Assembly: GCF_964204645.1 (NCBI RefSeq)
Contig: NC_134029.1
Span: forward strand, 19,834,950-19,898,949
Reading direction: 5' to 3'
Length of the DNA: 64,000 nt
Source: Tubulanus polymorphus
Taxonomy: Eukaryota > Animalia > Nemertea
Shown: piece by piece, positions 24,501-38,000 of the stretch
Layout: the number at the start of each line of letters is the position of its first letter
Numbering within the stretch: position 1 is the first letter of the stretch
Notes under the pieces: generated by a model
Told to the model about the DNA's origin: nothing
Database searches by the model: none
What the model saw: only the letters and a program-made list of their open reading frames with translations
Made by a program: the position numbers and the translations under genes

Positions 24501-27500
24501 CCTGTCACGAAAAGGAAAATCGAAAGAGATACGACCTTGAACACGCGGTTAAGGACGCGGATATCCTGTAAAAAAATAACACGTGAAGTCTTAGATGATG
24601 ATCGAAACATATCCAAGATCTGCAAGGACACATCAGCCATTACCCGATAGTACAGTCTTGGTTCTAATTAACCGAATACCGCGACAGAAATTGGATGTTT
24701 CATCAAACTCACCGTCACTGGTCGAGCATGTATCTGGAGTGATTGATCTTCTTTCTCTTTCACCTAATCAGGCAAATACACGCTAAATCATAATCACCCT
24801 ACGGTGTATCAGCTGGCCGATATATACGTGTATGTGTGCGTCTAAACCAACTTTCTTGTTCTTTCCTTCGTTTCGTGGATTACCTCGATGTAGGAAAGTT
24901 TTAAACATTTATCGGGAAGCTTATTCAATGCTCCCGAGGCAGCTTAACAGCTACAAGTTTTGTCGTGTATTCCACACGCAGCTATAACTAACCAAGAAAA
25001 AACTAATGCCCAATCATTGGATTCATAGGACTGTGTATATCGCCTTTCCGCTTAATAGATCGTCGCTTGCCAGGGCTTCATTTCCTCCCACCGAAGCTCA
25101 CGTCAACAAAAACCCTGGCCACAAACCCTTCATTGGTCTATAGACTAGTATTTGTCCAAGATTTCTTGAGCAAACAGATCGCTGCTTAAAGCGGCCACCA
25201 ATCTATGTGTTGAGCTAATCAGATGCGTTGTTATTCACAACGCATCACGATTGGCTGAGGCGTTTTTACGAGCATCCGATTTTTGCGATCGATCGTAGGA
25301 GCGCATTTACGAGCACCGATTTTTGCGATCGATTTCACGATCGGCGTTTTTACGAACACGATTTTCCGATCGATTTTTGAAATCGACCAACTCGCTCGGC
25401 GAGTGATTTGGCGATTTGATTTCCAAGATGGCAGCACCGGGTAGTTCAAAACCATACATTTTTTTCCTCAACGTCGCCATATTTATGTCATGTGATTAGC
25501 CAAATCCATCGTCATTTTTACGAACGTTCGATTCGATCGTACGATCGGAGCAAATCGTTCACGAAAATGAGGCGTTTTTACGAGCATCCGATTTTTGCGA
25601 TCGATCGTAGGAACGCATTTACGAGCACCGATTTTTGCGATCGATTTCACGATCGGCGTTTTTACGAACACGATTTTCCGACCGATTTTTGAAATCGACC
25701 AACTCGCTCGGCGTGCGATTTGGCGATTTGATTTCCAAGATGGCGGCACCGGGTAGTTCAAAACCATACATTTTTTTCCTCAACGTCGCCATATTTATGT
25801 CATGTGATTAGCCAAATCCATCGTCATTTTCACGAACGTTCGATTCGATCGTACGATCGGAGCAAATCGTTCACGAAATCGATCGCAAAAATCGGATGCT
25901 CGTAAAAACGCCTATGATCTTCATGCTCGTAAAAACGCCTCTAGATACATAGGCCGATGGCCGCTTAGCGGCAACCAGTCCGCCCAAGAAATCTTGGGGT
26001 TTGCGGCCAGGGTTTGTGTCATCCTCGCTTGCCAGGGGTCCGGTATCACTCCCGAACTCGCTTCCACCAGCGGGGAACAGCTTTAGCGTAGTGGGTTCGA
26101 ATCCCTTGACGGGTGAAGATGGGTTTGTGTTGGTTGGAGGCTTAATCTTCGGCGATAGGCAATCAAACCCTGGCAAGCGAGGATGACTTAATAGAGCTTT
26201 GTATACAGCTTTATATTTTACAGTAAGAATGTCGGCGAAGAAATTCAATTTCATTCGATTAAAAATGGCTCGCAGATGTCATTAAGCTGTATTTTTAACG
26301 GATCGTTGCACCAGCGTGCGTCGCCGATGCGCACGTCATCGCTCGATATCATCGACCGATTCAATAATTAGTTTTTCCGTGTAGACTGATATTAAATTTT
26401 ATCTGGCGACGTGAATCGTGAGTAAAACGCGTCTGCCCGTGTTAGTTCTACGAAAGATGATACTTTTATTCAATATACTCTGAGAAATCTTTTCACCGCG
26501 AATTATGTTAACAATTTCCTCAGGAAAACTGGCCGAGAATTTGAATAATTTGATAAGCTACAAAAACATTAACAGTTATATAGATGCAACTAATAATAAT
26601 GAGCCAATTCTATTTGTTCTATAAACTCTTTTACTTTGGCCTTATCCTCTTGATCAGTTCATCTGCTTTCGTAAGTGTGTTTTCTAAACAATTCAGAACA
26701 GGAAAAAACGAAGAAAGATCAAGAAACTATCCATAGAGTATCGAATTCCGGGTGTGTAACAGGTGATTTCTTTTCAGTCATTCATCGGGTAGGCTTTCTA
26801 TAACGGCGCGGCTCTCTGGTGTTTGTTGCAGAAGCAGTCATAATACGGCGTATGGAAATTCGAGCTGCAGGCATGTTTTTCCCGCCGTTACAAAAACCGC
26901 CGTTAACTTTGTTATCTAATTGCGGCACTTCGCGGTGCAGGCGAAGGTATTCCGCCTTCGCTGTCGTCGTCGTCGCGACGCCAGAAAACGAAGTCGCGCA
27001 CACAAGGAGAATTTGTTTGACGAACTTGCTGAATAGTTGCTATAGCAACGTCAAAATAGCAGACGATACACAGGCGGATGAAGCAAAAATCTGCTAGTAA
27101 TAATTAAAGATCTATCAAACAGACGGTGAACGCTTCGGTTTTTTACCATTCTTATGAAGATGAAAGCCGAGACCTTTTTCACTCCAAATATGACGACGAA
27201 ACTAATACACCCGTCGGCTATACTTAAGCTACCTTTCGCGTTAAAATGAACAGTCACGTAGAAACTTCCGTAATGTCTTTTGATTTATTAGCCGACGAAA
27301 TTCAGTACCAATCGTTTTTATTCCCGTCTGTGTAATTCAAATACGCGTATACACCTGGTAAAAATGTTCGTCTTTATCAGCTACCAGCAGTCAGGTGCTG
27401 AAATTCTTCGGCGTTAACGTCGTCGTTATATACGCTCTGCAGATATCGTTTTATTGCGTTCGACTTTGACGATATATATCTAAAGAAAGAAATGCGCGAC

Positions 27501-30500
27501 AAAGAAATCTAATCCCAATCCCTCGTTCGAACGGCGAAACAACAGCTGTCTCCACTTTGATACGCATTTATTACCCTGAAATATTGAAAAACTGGAATCG
27601 ATTAGAAAATATCCTAAAAATAAAGTGCGGCCACTTGAATGAAATGATTTCCAGGTCTAAGGTTTGATTTGATTTAATTGATGATAATCAAAGTACAAAT
27701 ATACTTTCTACTATCCGCACCAATATACAAATAATCCTTGAATGCGGTTATCCGTCATCGTTGTACTAAATTTTGTTAATTATGTACTTGTCATAAAAGT
27801 ATTCTACTTTGACAATAAAGTTTATATATATATTAAAAATATAAATTCATAATTAGTTACATGAATTGTACACAATACATGACAATCATCAGAACCCCGG
27901 AGATCATTATACGATTGTCAAGCCGAGGCCCTTGAGCAGACGTTAGATCATTTATACATATGAAGAAAAGAAAATTGAGAATGATAGAATAATACTGTTT
28001 GGATAAGAAGAAAGATACAGACTTCTCATTCGTGGCCTAAATGACAGTCATGTGATTAAATGGTGGCAGTTATTGGTAGTTATTGGTTCAGGGGTTCTTT
28101 TGAAAAGAATCAATTCCACGTAACGTGGATATCATAGACCTTATTTTCGATTATCTCCACACTTATTAAATTTCAGAAATTTCAATAGCCCGCCGCTATA
28201 ATGCTGTCAAAGAAGCTTCTTACACCGATTCGAGGTATTATCAGGCGAAATTGCAGGCCGTGTCGTATGAACCTATCGCCTCTGGTCGGCGAAGAAAAAA
28301 TAATCACAAGAAAATCTGGCGCTGATCCATATTTCGCTGGAAATGATTTACGTTGTTAGACCTCCGACGAACGGCCGAGGGGACGAGGAAATAATCCGCA
28401 GCAATACGACACTGATTTATTGGCACACACAAGCGGCGGCGGTCAGTTGAAGATTACCAGACACGCCGCCAAATTTATAACGCGGAATAGAGTGGAACCG
28501 CCATCTAAACCGATCAGTACAAAATAGGGTATGATTCCATAACCTTTTATGACCTTTTCGTTGGCCATCGATGAAGTTACTGGAATCATACCTTTTCGTT
28601 GGCCATCGATGAAGTTTTTGGAATCATTTCGTTTACGTACTTACATCAATTTTTATCCAATATCTCAATCTAACCACGTGTTTTTTTTCAATATGCAAAT
28701 ATCATTTGTCGCCCGAGGTATATTCATTATACGTGTATTGGTGTAGTTACGTATAGCGAGTCGATTCTACGACGCTGCATCCCCCTGCGAGTTGTCATCC
28801 ACCAAACAACACTCTTCTGTTCATTGTAGAAACCGATCCTATGTAACAACTGCAACGACAAAAGCTTTCTCTGATTGAAGAATTTGTGAGGGATTTCGCA
28901 CCGACAGAACGGGAAATTAATCGAAATTTTCTCCACGCTGTTATCGGCGTGTTGGTGTCGTAATGGCATTCTTGATAATGGCTTCGGTGAAATAAAGAAT
29001 GATGTGCTGATAATCGACCATCGTGATATGGCGCGATCACACAGACATATGTAAACATCCGATGCTGTGTTTGAATCGAATTACAAATATTCTGGGTTTC
29101 GTTATTTTTCGCCAAGATACATCAACAGATCATGTATGATACAACAGCCATTTTTACAATCAACATTTTTTTGTATGAAGCAGGTGGTTGCGAGAAGCTA
29201 TACTAACTCCCTGGCTTCGGAGATCTTACAAGACTAACATAGTTAGTTGCCAGATGACGCGGAATGTGATCGAGTGTTACCTCACTTCCTTCACTTCCAA
29301 CTTTTTATACGCATCACTTCAGGCGATACAAGTTGAAACGGATTGTCAATTTGGCACCTAAGACGTCGAGCCCGCGACCCCGAGAGAAGGTTTAACCGTA
29401 GCAATATATTACCGTCAACATAAATCGTCGACAGCCGATGTCACTACATCATATAACGCTAGAATTGATGACGAGTTATTTTCGTTGGCTGCGCGATGTT
29501 ACGCGGACGTCACCGATGTTTTTATCAATTCTCGATACATCCGCTGTCACACGTTTTGTCGCAACGTCGCCGAAGTCTCATTCAATATCGTCGCGGTTTT
29601 CACCGTTCGTGCCATTAATATTGCACGGCGATCGTTAACAAAAAATCAGATCGTGACAACGGCGGCAACATCCTGCGAACGACGACTCACTGACTGCAAC
29701 GTCTATCAAATACCGATACACTCAGCGAGGTCTCTTGCGTATAAGAAGCTAACCCTTTTTCTAAGCGACCTTTCAAAAGCTTTTGCTTCAAGCGGAGAAC
29801 CAATAACAAACATCTTTAGATATTACACTTTTAATGAAGTGTGTTTGCATTGTATTTATTGTCTCTTTTTCTGCTGTTTTCTCTGAATAATAACAACTGG
29901 CATATATGCTTTCATTACGTTTAAACTGTTGCCTTGTAATTCCAAAACATAAAACAAAATCGCTGGTAAAATGAATGTTTAGATATATGGCATCATGTTA
30001 TTGTTCGTGTATGATTAAAGGTTTCCTATTTATTAGGTGACCAGAGTACGAACCCTGAAGTCCGCCTGTGGAGACATTTGATGGCTACATATGAGCACAG
30101 TTCACGGCCAGTTCTCAACGCTAACTCCAGCGTTGTTGTTGAATTCGCCGTAGCGCTCAACGCCATCATGGACTTAGTAAGTATTAACTATTTTGAACTC
30201 AAAGCGTTCTAGAAAAATGAAAGCAATGATTCGTTGAAATGTCTGAATATGTGCAATATTTCATTACGTTACACTACATCGTCTTAATTTCTACCAACAA
30301 AAGCTTGAATACCAGATTATGGGGAAAAAATAACAGACGAGTTTGACAGTTTAACAGACGACCAAACACCTGTTTATGCAAATTTCATCAAAATCAGAAT
30401 CTTTCGGCCAACTTCTTTCCATTGCTGTTATCATTGTCAAAGTGGAGGCAGAAAGGTCGTGATTCTGATGAAATTCGTATATACATGTATTTGCTAGTCT

Positions 30501-33500
30501 ACAACATACAAGTATTGAATAAACAGATAATATGCAATCATGTATTGTCAGTATCTGATTACGCAAAAGATTGCTAGATAGATGCATAAAGCGGTCTGTC
30601 TGCTGGGGTTTCTCACGTCGGAAGTTTGCTGTTTGCCCGGTATATTTCTGCCGCACTTGGCTAATCGGAAGTTGTATTATGGACGATAGTCGCGTAATGG
30701 CTGGTGGAATTTTTTGCTAAGTGCTAGGCGATGATGATGATAGCTGGTCACACGGATCAAGGAAATTGGCCATTAACGATACTGGCGCGGTACACTCGCG
30801 ACGCGACGACCGCTGACATACTGACTGGCACACCATGAGCAACTCCTTTTCCAACTAACCTTTTCTTTGCAAATTCCCAACTACATCTATGAAGTATTCC
30901 GTCAATAACTATGATGGAATGCAATACTTAATCTATATAGAAAAATATGTTTTATCAACATATGAAATTTTTGATTCGAAGGTATTTTCTTTATGAAAAG
31001 TAAATCATTTTTATATATTTTCAGATCCATCATACAGTCAAACTAATAATACGAAACCCGTTTGATACGGCACGTAGCACGTAGCATAATGAGCATGCGC
31101 ATTTTCAAATTTTCCTATCTATTCCAGGATGAGAAAAACCAAGTCCTTATAACAAATCTCTGGGTTCTTGAAGTAAGTATGAACAGAAACAAAAATTCCG
31201 AGCAAGTTCAAATCAAACTTTCATCTTAACCTTCGATAAACGGTTGGTTTCGCAAAGCTCCAGATAAGATTAGCGCATCGGCACAATTGCAGACATTCAG
31301 GAGATTAATGACTCGTGTTCTGAAAGACAGAGAAATCCAATGCTAATTCCAGCTTATATTATACGTACCCAGCAATGGAACGTATCAGCAGGCAAAGCCT
31401 TAGGCCGGATAGAAACTTCGAAACGACGAGATAGCACTTGTATTCTAAAACGAGAATAGCCCTTCGATTGGGATATTGAATATTTTCCGAGTCCTCTAAG
31501 AAATCGATTCAATACCTTATGTTAATAATGAGAAATTCAACAATTTGACTTCTGTACTTCGGTTTCTCTGCACCGCACGGCCGTGCTATCCATTCAGTCA
31601 TTCGATATGGAAAAGCCATTTCCCTGCCATATTTCATGGCGTATGTGATTATGACGTGTTCTTCGATTTGTTCTTCGCGCGATAAGCCGGGGGCATCTAC
31701 TAAGATTCGTTATAATAACAACCATGTACGAAGCACGTTGCCGCATGTTTATTAGATAACGTACATTGGCTAGCCGAGCGTCTTGCGATTTATCTCGATC
31801 TTATATCTTTACGTTTGGTATTCGATTGGCGAAGATTTTCTATTATGGGTGCTAATTAGAAGTGACATATTTCTTTTGAGTTACTTCGATTACTTACGTT
31901 TGGCAGACGCAGACGCTATTCAGAGTCGAATGAATGAATGAATGAATGAATGAATGAATGAATGAATGAATGAATGAATGAATGAATGAATGAATGAATG
32001 AATGAATGAATGAATGAATGAATGAATGAATGAATGAATGAATGAATGAATGAATGAATGAATGAATGAATGAATGAATGAATGAATGAATGAATGAATG
32101 AATGAATGAATGAATGAATGAATGAATGAATGAATGAATGAATGAATGAATGAATGAATGAATGAATGAATGAATGAATGAATGAATGAATGAATGAATG
32201 AATGAATGAATGAATGAATGAATGAATGAATGAATGAATGAATGAATGAATGAATGAATGAATGAATGAATGAATGAATGAATGAATTATTTACTTTATT
32301 ATTTACTCAAGTAACAAAAACATAATATACACAGACATTGACAGTTTATTATCTTACATTCAGCAATGGTATGATGTTAATATGAAATGGGATCCAAAAG
32401 CTTACGAAAATGTTCGCGCTACTGTGCTGTCAGCCGAGCACCTCTGGCTTCCGGACGTGTATATTTTTAACAAGTAAGCATCCGAATACTCGACGTATAA
32501 AGCAAGTGATGTTATTTCAATTCAATATCTATTCATCATGAAATCTCACACGATTGTGGATGATAAAAAGAAAAAGCAAAACGAATTTTACAAAAGAAGA
32601 GATAGTGTATAAAATAACAACGTATTTCATGATTCATCATTTTCTAGGATCTCGTATTTCTTTTAAAACGTCACGTATCATGCTTCTGTGTTTTAGCGCA
32701 GACGAGGGGCAGACTGGTTTCGTTAACGCCAACGGCAGCAAAGCGATAGTCAGTTATAACGGCACCGTCACTTGGACCGTACCGATCATGATAAAAAGCG
32801 CGTGTACGGTGAACGTGCTCTTTTTTCCGTTCGACTTCCAAGTTTGCCAGATCAAGTTCGGATCGTGGATCTACGACGGCTATCAGCTCGACCTCAGCGA
32901 CAAAAAAGAGGGTTACATCGACATGTCGAAGTACGTCACCAACAGCGAGTTCGACCTTCTTAACGCTACGCTGAGCAGAGTAATGGCTAAATACGAATGT
33001 TGCCCCGGTCCTTATCCGCAGATGCACCTTAACCTTTACATCAAGAGAAAAGCGCTTTATTACACATACACCGTCATAGCTCCGGCATTATTACTATGCA
33101 TTATGACATTGTCAAGTTTCCTGTTGCCTTGCGACTGCGGCGAGAAAATTGCGATCGGGATGACAGTCTTTCTGTCAATCTATTTCCTGCAGTTGCTGAT
33201 TTCGGACAACATACCAGAATCGAATAGCACGCCACTTATTGGTAGGAATCAAATATACAGCGAACCTTGCCTAAGTCGGATCGGCGTAAGTCGGATAATC
33301 GCTTATGTGGGATGAATATCGATAGTCCCGATTTTTCCTTCTTTTTTCAAAGAAAATCTATATTCCAAAGTTGTGAATTCGCCTAGTAGCACTTTTTTCG
33401 GTCCCAAAATATAAGATCAGTTAAAATCACTCCCCGAAAGGGCATTTTCCTCCACATTGCAGTTTGATCGCTTCCCTGTTCCTGGCTTGAAATTGACGAT

Positions 33501-34726
33501 ACATGTCAACAGTCGTTATTTTCGTGTGGTTAGTGTCTTGGGATGGAAAAATAACCCCGAAATATTTCAGCCAGTCGTAAAAATAAGCCGTAGTTTTCGG
33601 GAAAAGACTGAGAATCAGACTTATTCAAAGCAGTACTTCAGATTATTTCTCTTGCTCCCAAATGATCCGACTTACGTAAGGTTTACTGTAATGTTCGTCG
33701 TTAAAAAAAACATATCCTGCATTCGATGAGAACAATCATCATTTTCTTACATTTTGAAAAATGGATATTATATCCAAATTGAAATCCTAGATTTTCTAAA
33801 TTCTAGTAAAGACTAATTCTCAACTTATACGTTTTATTACAGGTATTTTTCTTACAATGGTGACAACGTTAAACTCTATTTCACTCGTTATGGCTACAAT
33901 CATTATGAACATCAAAAAGAGAAGCGACAAAAATCCATGTCCTCCAGTTCCGATATTTGTAATGCGATTTTGTGAATGCGTCCTAGGTAGAATTACGTGT
34001 ACACCTTATAAGAAACGTGCGATAGGGCCTTGTGTTGATAAAGCGAAATCTCCTACAGATGGCGGCCGGGTGTCTGGAGAATCTTTACCATCCCTAGCGA
34101 CCGCTAACGACGCGCGAGAAAACCCCAGCAAGAAGCGCACTGCCGCCGGGCGCAGTCCTACCCCGACCAGCTGGGAATCCGAGTCGTTAGTCTCGTACGA
34201 GGTAAAATATTCCGCTCTCAACCAGTCGTTGCTCCATCAAACTGACCAAGTCGAACGACTTAGCGAGTACTGTTATGCAAACTCTACTGAAACAGACATC
34301 GTACAGCCGGTGTTGCCTTTGCGGCAAAAACCGAACGGAAACACTGCAAGCAACAGCCCCGTGATCAGTTCATCGCCGACACTTCGCAGAAGGGCACCGT
34401 CCCCTTCGTATACTTCCAATTGCCCAAACAACACGTCATGCTTCCAGACCACCGCGTCCACGATGCAAGATTCTTATCCATCGCCGAATAGCCAGTTATT
34501 CGCGACGAAGGCCGAGGTTCGCGAGTTACGATACCAATGGTTCTACGTCGCCGACGTAGTCGACAAGGGCCTGTTCATTTTGTACCTTATTCTTACTGTA
34601 GTGAGCATTTTGACAATTTTAGTGATTTTGCCGTATTTGAATCAACCGCCGAAAGAAATGCCGGTCGTCGAAGGCGTTCATAACATTAGAAGTTTGGAAC
34701 TTCCAGAGGACATGTACGTCTATTAG
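21535..34726 (+). CDS. Nicotinic acetylcholine receptor alpha-type subunit (alpha9/alpha10-like, ~602 aa)
   Basis: Exons 21535-21619 (signal-peptide-like, phase 1, least certain), 30037-30176, 31128-31172 (DEKNQVL), 32364-32473 (WLPDVYIFNN), 32697-33241, 33843-34726. Cys-loop CTVNVLFFPFDFQVC, loop B WIYDG, loop C vicinal cysteines YECCPGPY, GEK before M2, M4 preceded by QWFYVADVVDK. Confidence 0.93.
23334..23514. mobile_element. MITE-like inverted-repeat element
   Basis: gagaatcccaca...aaagatgaagtccga mirrored by tcggacttcatcttt...tgtgggattctc; TA-rich flanks; internal hairpin cctaatagtcat/atgactattagg. Confidence 0.65.
23553..23662. repeat. ~110-bp imperfect palindrome (hairpin MITE)
   Basis: ggttttgtagaccggtattacctttaacccgggggccaact pairs with agttagccctcgggttaaaagtaatcccagtctgtaaaacc. 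Confidence 0.7.
25059..26187. mobile_element. Older inverted-repeat element hosting nested MITEs
   Basis: tcgcttgccaggg...ccgaag (25063-25095) mirrors 26146-26181; aaccctggccacaaaccc (25111) mirrors gggtttgcggccagggtt (25997); 25157-25207 mirrors 25948-25997. Confidence 0.6.
25258..25940. mobile_element. MITE (PIF/Harbinger-like, 3-bp TSD) containing a second copy of itself at 25570-25913
   Basis: TIR aggcgtttttacgagcat / atgctcgtaaaaacgcct. The inner 344-bp copy is flanked by ATG/ATG; the two ~312-bp bodies are nearly identical. Confidence 0.85.
31928..32287 (+). repeat. (GAAT)90 perfect microsatellite in nAChR intron
   Basis: 360 bp of uninterrupted gaat units. Confidence 0.99.
33258..33688. 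mobile_element. Tc1/mariner (pogo/Tigger-type) MITE
   Basis: TA | cagcgaaccttgcctaagtcggatc ... gatccgacttacgtaaggtttactg | TA. Confidence 0.8.
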
Positions 34727-35043
34727 ATATTGCATATGAATAAATACTTGGCATAAGTTCATCTTTGTGTATTGATAGAGTGGCACTATTTGAAATGTGT
34801 ATTTAGCAATAAACGCTGATTTGTTTTCTAAAAGCGTCGAAATATGGGTCTGGAAAATCAAATATAACGAAAACAAAACAAGAAAAAAGTTCCGGTTTGA
34901 ACGGTTCATCTATTATCATAATCATCATCATAATCATATGATGTATAATGTTGCATAAGTAAAAGGTATTTTTCCATTTTCGTACAATTTACATTATATG
35001 ATTTGATTGATTATATAGTAGATCCATCTGTGAGACCAATTCA

Positions 35044-38000
35044 TTACTTTTGACCGCATGCCGCAGACGCCTCGGCCTTCAGCGCAACTTCAACTTTGGA
35101 ATGCTGATCAGCTGGTTCAAGAAGAAGATCCTGAAATGAGTGATATACGTTCGGCATTATTATTTTTATGATGATACAAAAATCTACGCTCCAATAACCT
35201 TCGCCCAGCACTTATTATTGAGCCGAATCTTATATTGTTTGAAATTGCTTCCGATATCTAATGAAACTGTTCAGTATTCGTAAAAACATTTTAGAAAACC
35301 GTATGCAAAGATGCGCACCGCTATCGCGTCTGTTCTCTTCCAAACGACATTTCCCGCTAAAGCAACCGGCGCAATGGGATATCTTGTTCTTATCGGTTCG
35401 TTTTTGATGATCGTTCCATCAGACGCCGCTGAAATATATTGAAATTCGGCCTTTGGTGAAGAGTTGTTCAGTGGCTTTAGATTTTACAAAACTTTTCGTG
35501 ATAATTCGCGTACCTGATGGTATTGGAGGCAGGAAAATATGTGTTCCGGATGCGACGCATCGGCGGCCGACGCCTTTCTTATCCAACATAAATCGGGCAC
35601 CGTTGGAAGTATCAGCCGGGTCGCCGCTCTGTTTGGCGTTACTGTAGAAATCAAGCGGAGTGCGATAGAAAAATCCACGATCCGACCAGTGTGAAAATGG
35701 GAATTCTTCACTTCCAGTACTGTTGTCTTTAACGTACGGCTTCGTTTCCTAAAGGGTATAACAGCGAGGAAAATTCTAAACACGAGTCCTTCAAAAAGAA
35801 CTTTTGAAAAATTGCCAAAGTTTTCGGAGGTAGTTTCTAGTTATGACTGTATATATTACGCTATAAGCGATTTCATAAGGATTCCAGTTCTGAAGGGGAG
35901 TCGTATAGATGATCTCTAACGGTATGGCGTATGCCCAACGTTGGGTTGCCAATTCACACCTTTCCGAGCGACCTCTTCCTCTGCAATGCTTGAGCTACAT
36001 GTGATGGGTAAAAACGAAATACAGTTATCGATTAAAAAAGTCTTATCACATAAATGAACAGTAAAATTCAAACGATTACCATGTATTATCATTTGATTAG
36101 AGGATTTCTACAACTATTAAAGTAAAAATACTTGATTTACGAAGGCGTTTCGATGATTATCAAATTACCGTTGCGGGTGCATATTTTGGTTGTGTTGTCT
36201 TCGCGAAAAAAACTGTTTCGTCGTGGAAACCACGCCTTTGTACCGTATCGCCCATTGCGTCTTTGCTGCCAGTTCGAAATACGCGGTGATAATATCCAGC
36301 ATTAAGTTTCTTTTCTCTATCATTGTATTGCTTGGTTTAAAAAAAAGAAAGATTATTTTACTTTTCAACCACCCGCCTTCAACAAAACAACTATTTCACA
36401 ATTGTGCGGGCTAATGAAAGATTTGGATATGGCATACCATTGCATAATCTGTACCAGTAATGCCGCCATCCAGCAATTGCGTTCCATACCCATTCGGGCC
36501 TGGTATTTCGGCCATTAGTTCGTCAAGTAAACCATATCGATAAATCGAATCTCTTTGGTTTTCTTTCGGTTGGTCTTTTGCTACTACCTTTTTATGAAAT
36601 ATTGAGAACAAACATGTTATTTGATAAAGAAAATGGGATCCTTAGCACGTTCATTAGTATACATTACTGTACACCAATGCCTCAGATGCTTTATTTATGG
36701 ATAACTGAAATCACTAAATTACATTGAATCTCGCTGCTCTAGAATTTGCGTAATCCTCCAGATTTCTGTTGAATGCCATCCTCACGTGGTAATCGTCAAC
36801 GAGCTTCAAACGATCAGTTGGTAGATCATCTTTTAACGGATGGCACAAGATACGATAGTTCCACTGCGCGTAGACGGGTTTATTGTCCTGGACTGTCAGG
36901 ATCATTGTCGGCAAATTCGATAGGTTTTCCAGGCGATGCTTTCGTCCAGTTGCCGACGAAAATTTTATCTGCAAACATTATTCAATTTTAGGTTATGTTT
37001 TGCAGTTCACTTCATGCGTGTACACTCGAATTGTACCTAATAAAAGCCTTAAAATCTGGTTCTCGTAGGAATTGTCCACTGAGATGATTTACAATGAGCT
37101 TTATCGGTCGTCTCACATTCGTTAGAAATCAAAGTGCGGTACATGTACATTTTACAAAATTTCAAAGATTGAAAAATGAAAATAAAAGAATTTATTATCT
37201 CCCCCTTCTCTGCCCACTAAAGCCATCTTCGGAAAAGAGGGTAGGTACCTTATCTTGCAGTTCAAGCCATGAAGCCGCGTCTATATGATGTCGATCACTG
37301 TCGAATGGTTCATCAATTGACCCCTGATCCGAAATTGTCCATGCGCCCTCTAAATAACACAATACCGGTCTGAAGAATGGTCGATAATCACGGTGAGTGA
37401 CATTCTGGTCTTGAAATGCCTTGAAGAATTCGCGCAATTCCGCACTCTATACATAATGAATCGAGAGGGCATTAAGAAAGTTGAACAAAAAAAAAGAAAA
37501 AATCCATTGAAATATCATATACATTGTCTTGAAATTTTTCGAACATAAAGTTTGCATTATATTGGCACCTACCTGTTCCTCTACTGTTCCAGTTACGGAA
37601 GGAGGCACTGGGGGGAATGGTATTTCGACTGTTTCTTTGTAATCGATCGTGTTATTGTTCACCACTGAAGCTGGCATTTTCATTTTGTAGTCATTGTGAC
37701 GCGTTTTGAAGAGGACGCCATTCAATACCGCTGATAATTCTCCCATGCCAACTGTGTATCTATGATTAGAATGTGTGTGGATGGAGAGCATTCGGTTTTG
37801 GGTATACGAGGTTGCCTGATAGGTCTTGGATCCTGTAATATGCAATAACCTATAATAAATAGTGGTTAATACTCGCACCGATCAGTCGCTTGCCGGTTCC
37901 GGCTGATTGGGAGACTGTTTGAATGAACCGGAAACGAAATTTCCAATTCTGTACTTCTCGATTTTAACAAACTGTCTGCCGTACATTTGACCTCCGATCA

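Noticed and set aside
25231-25767. Two near-identical minus-strand ORFs (MVLNYPV...) suggesting a duplicated gene or an array
   Set aside because: They are translations of the nested MITE copies; TIRs and TSD explain them.
26040-26110. Possible tRNA gene (gggttcgaatccc T-arm/B box)
   Set aside because: No acceptor stem, D arm or anticodon arm could be built; at most a SINE-like remnant.
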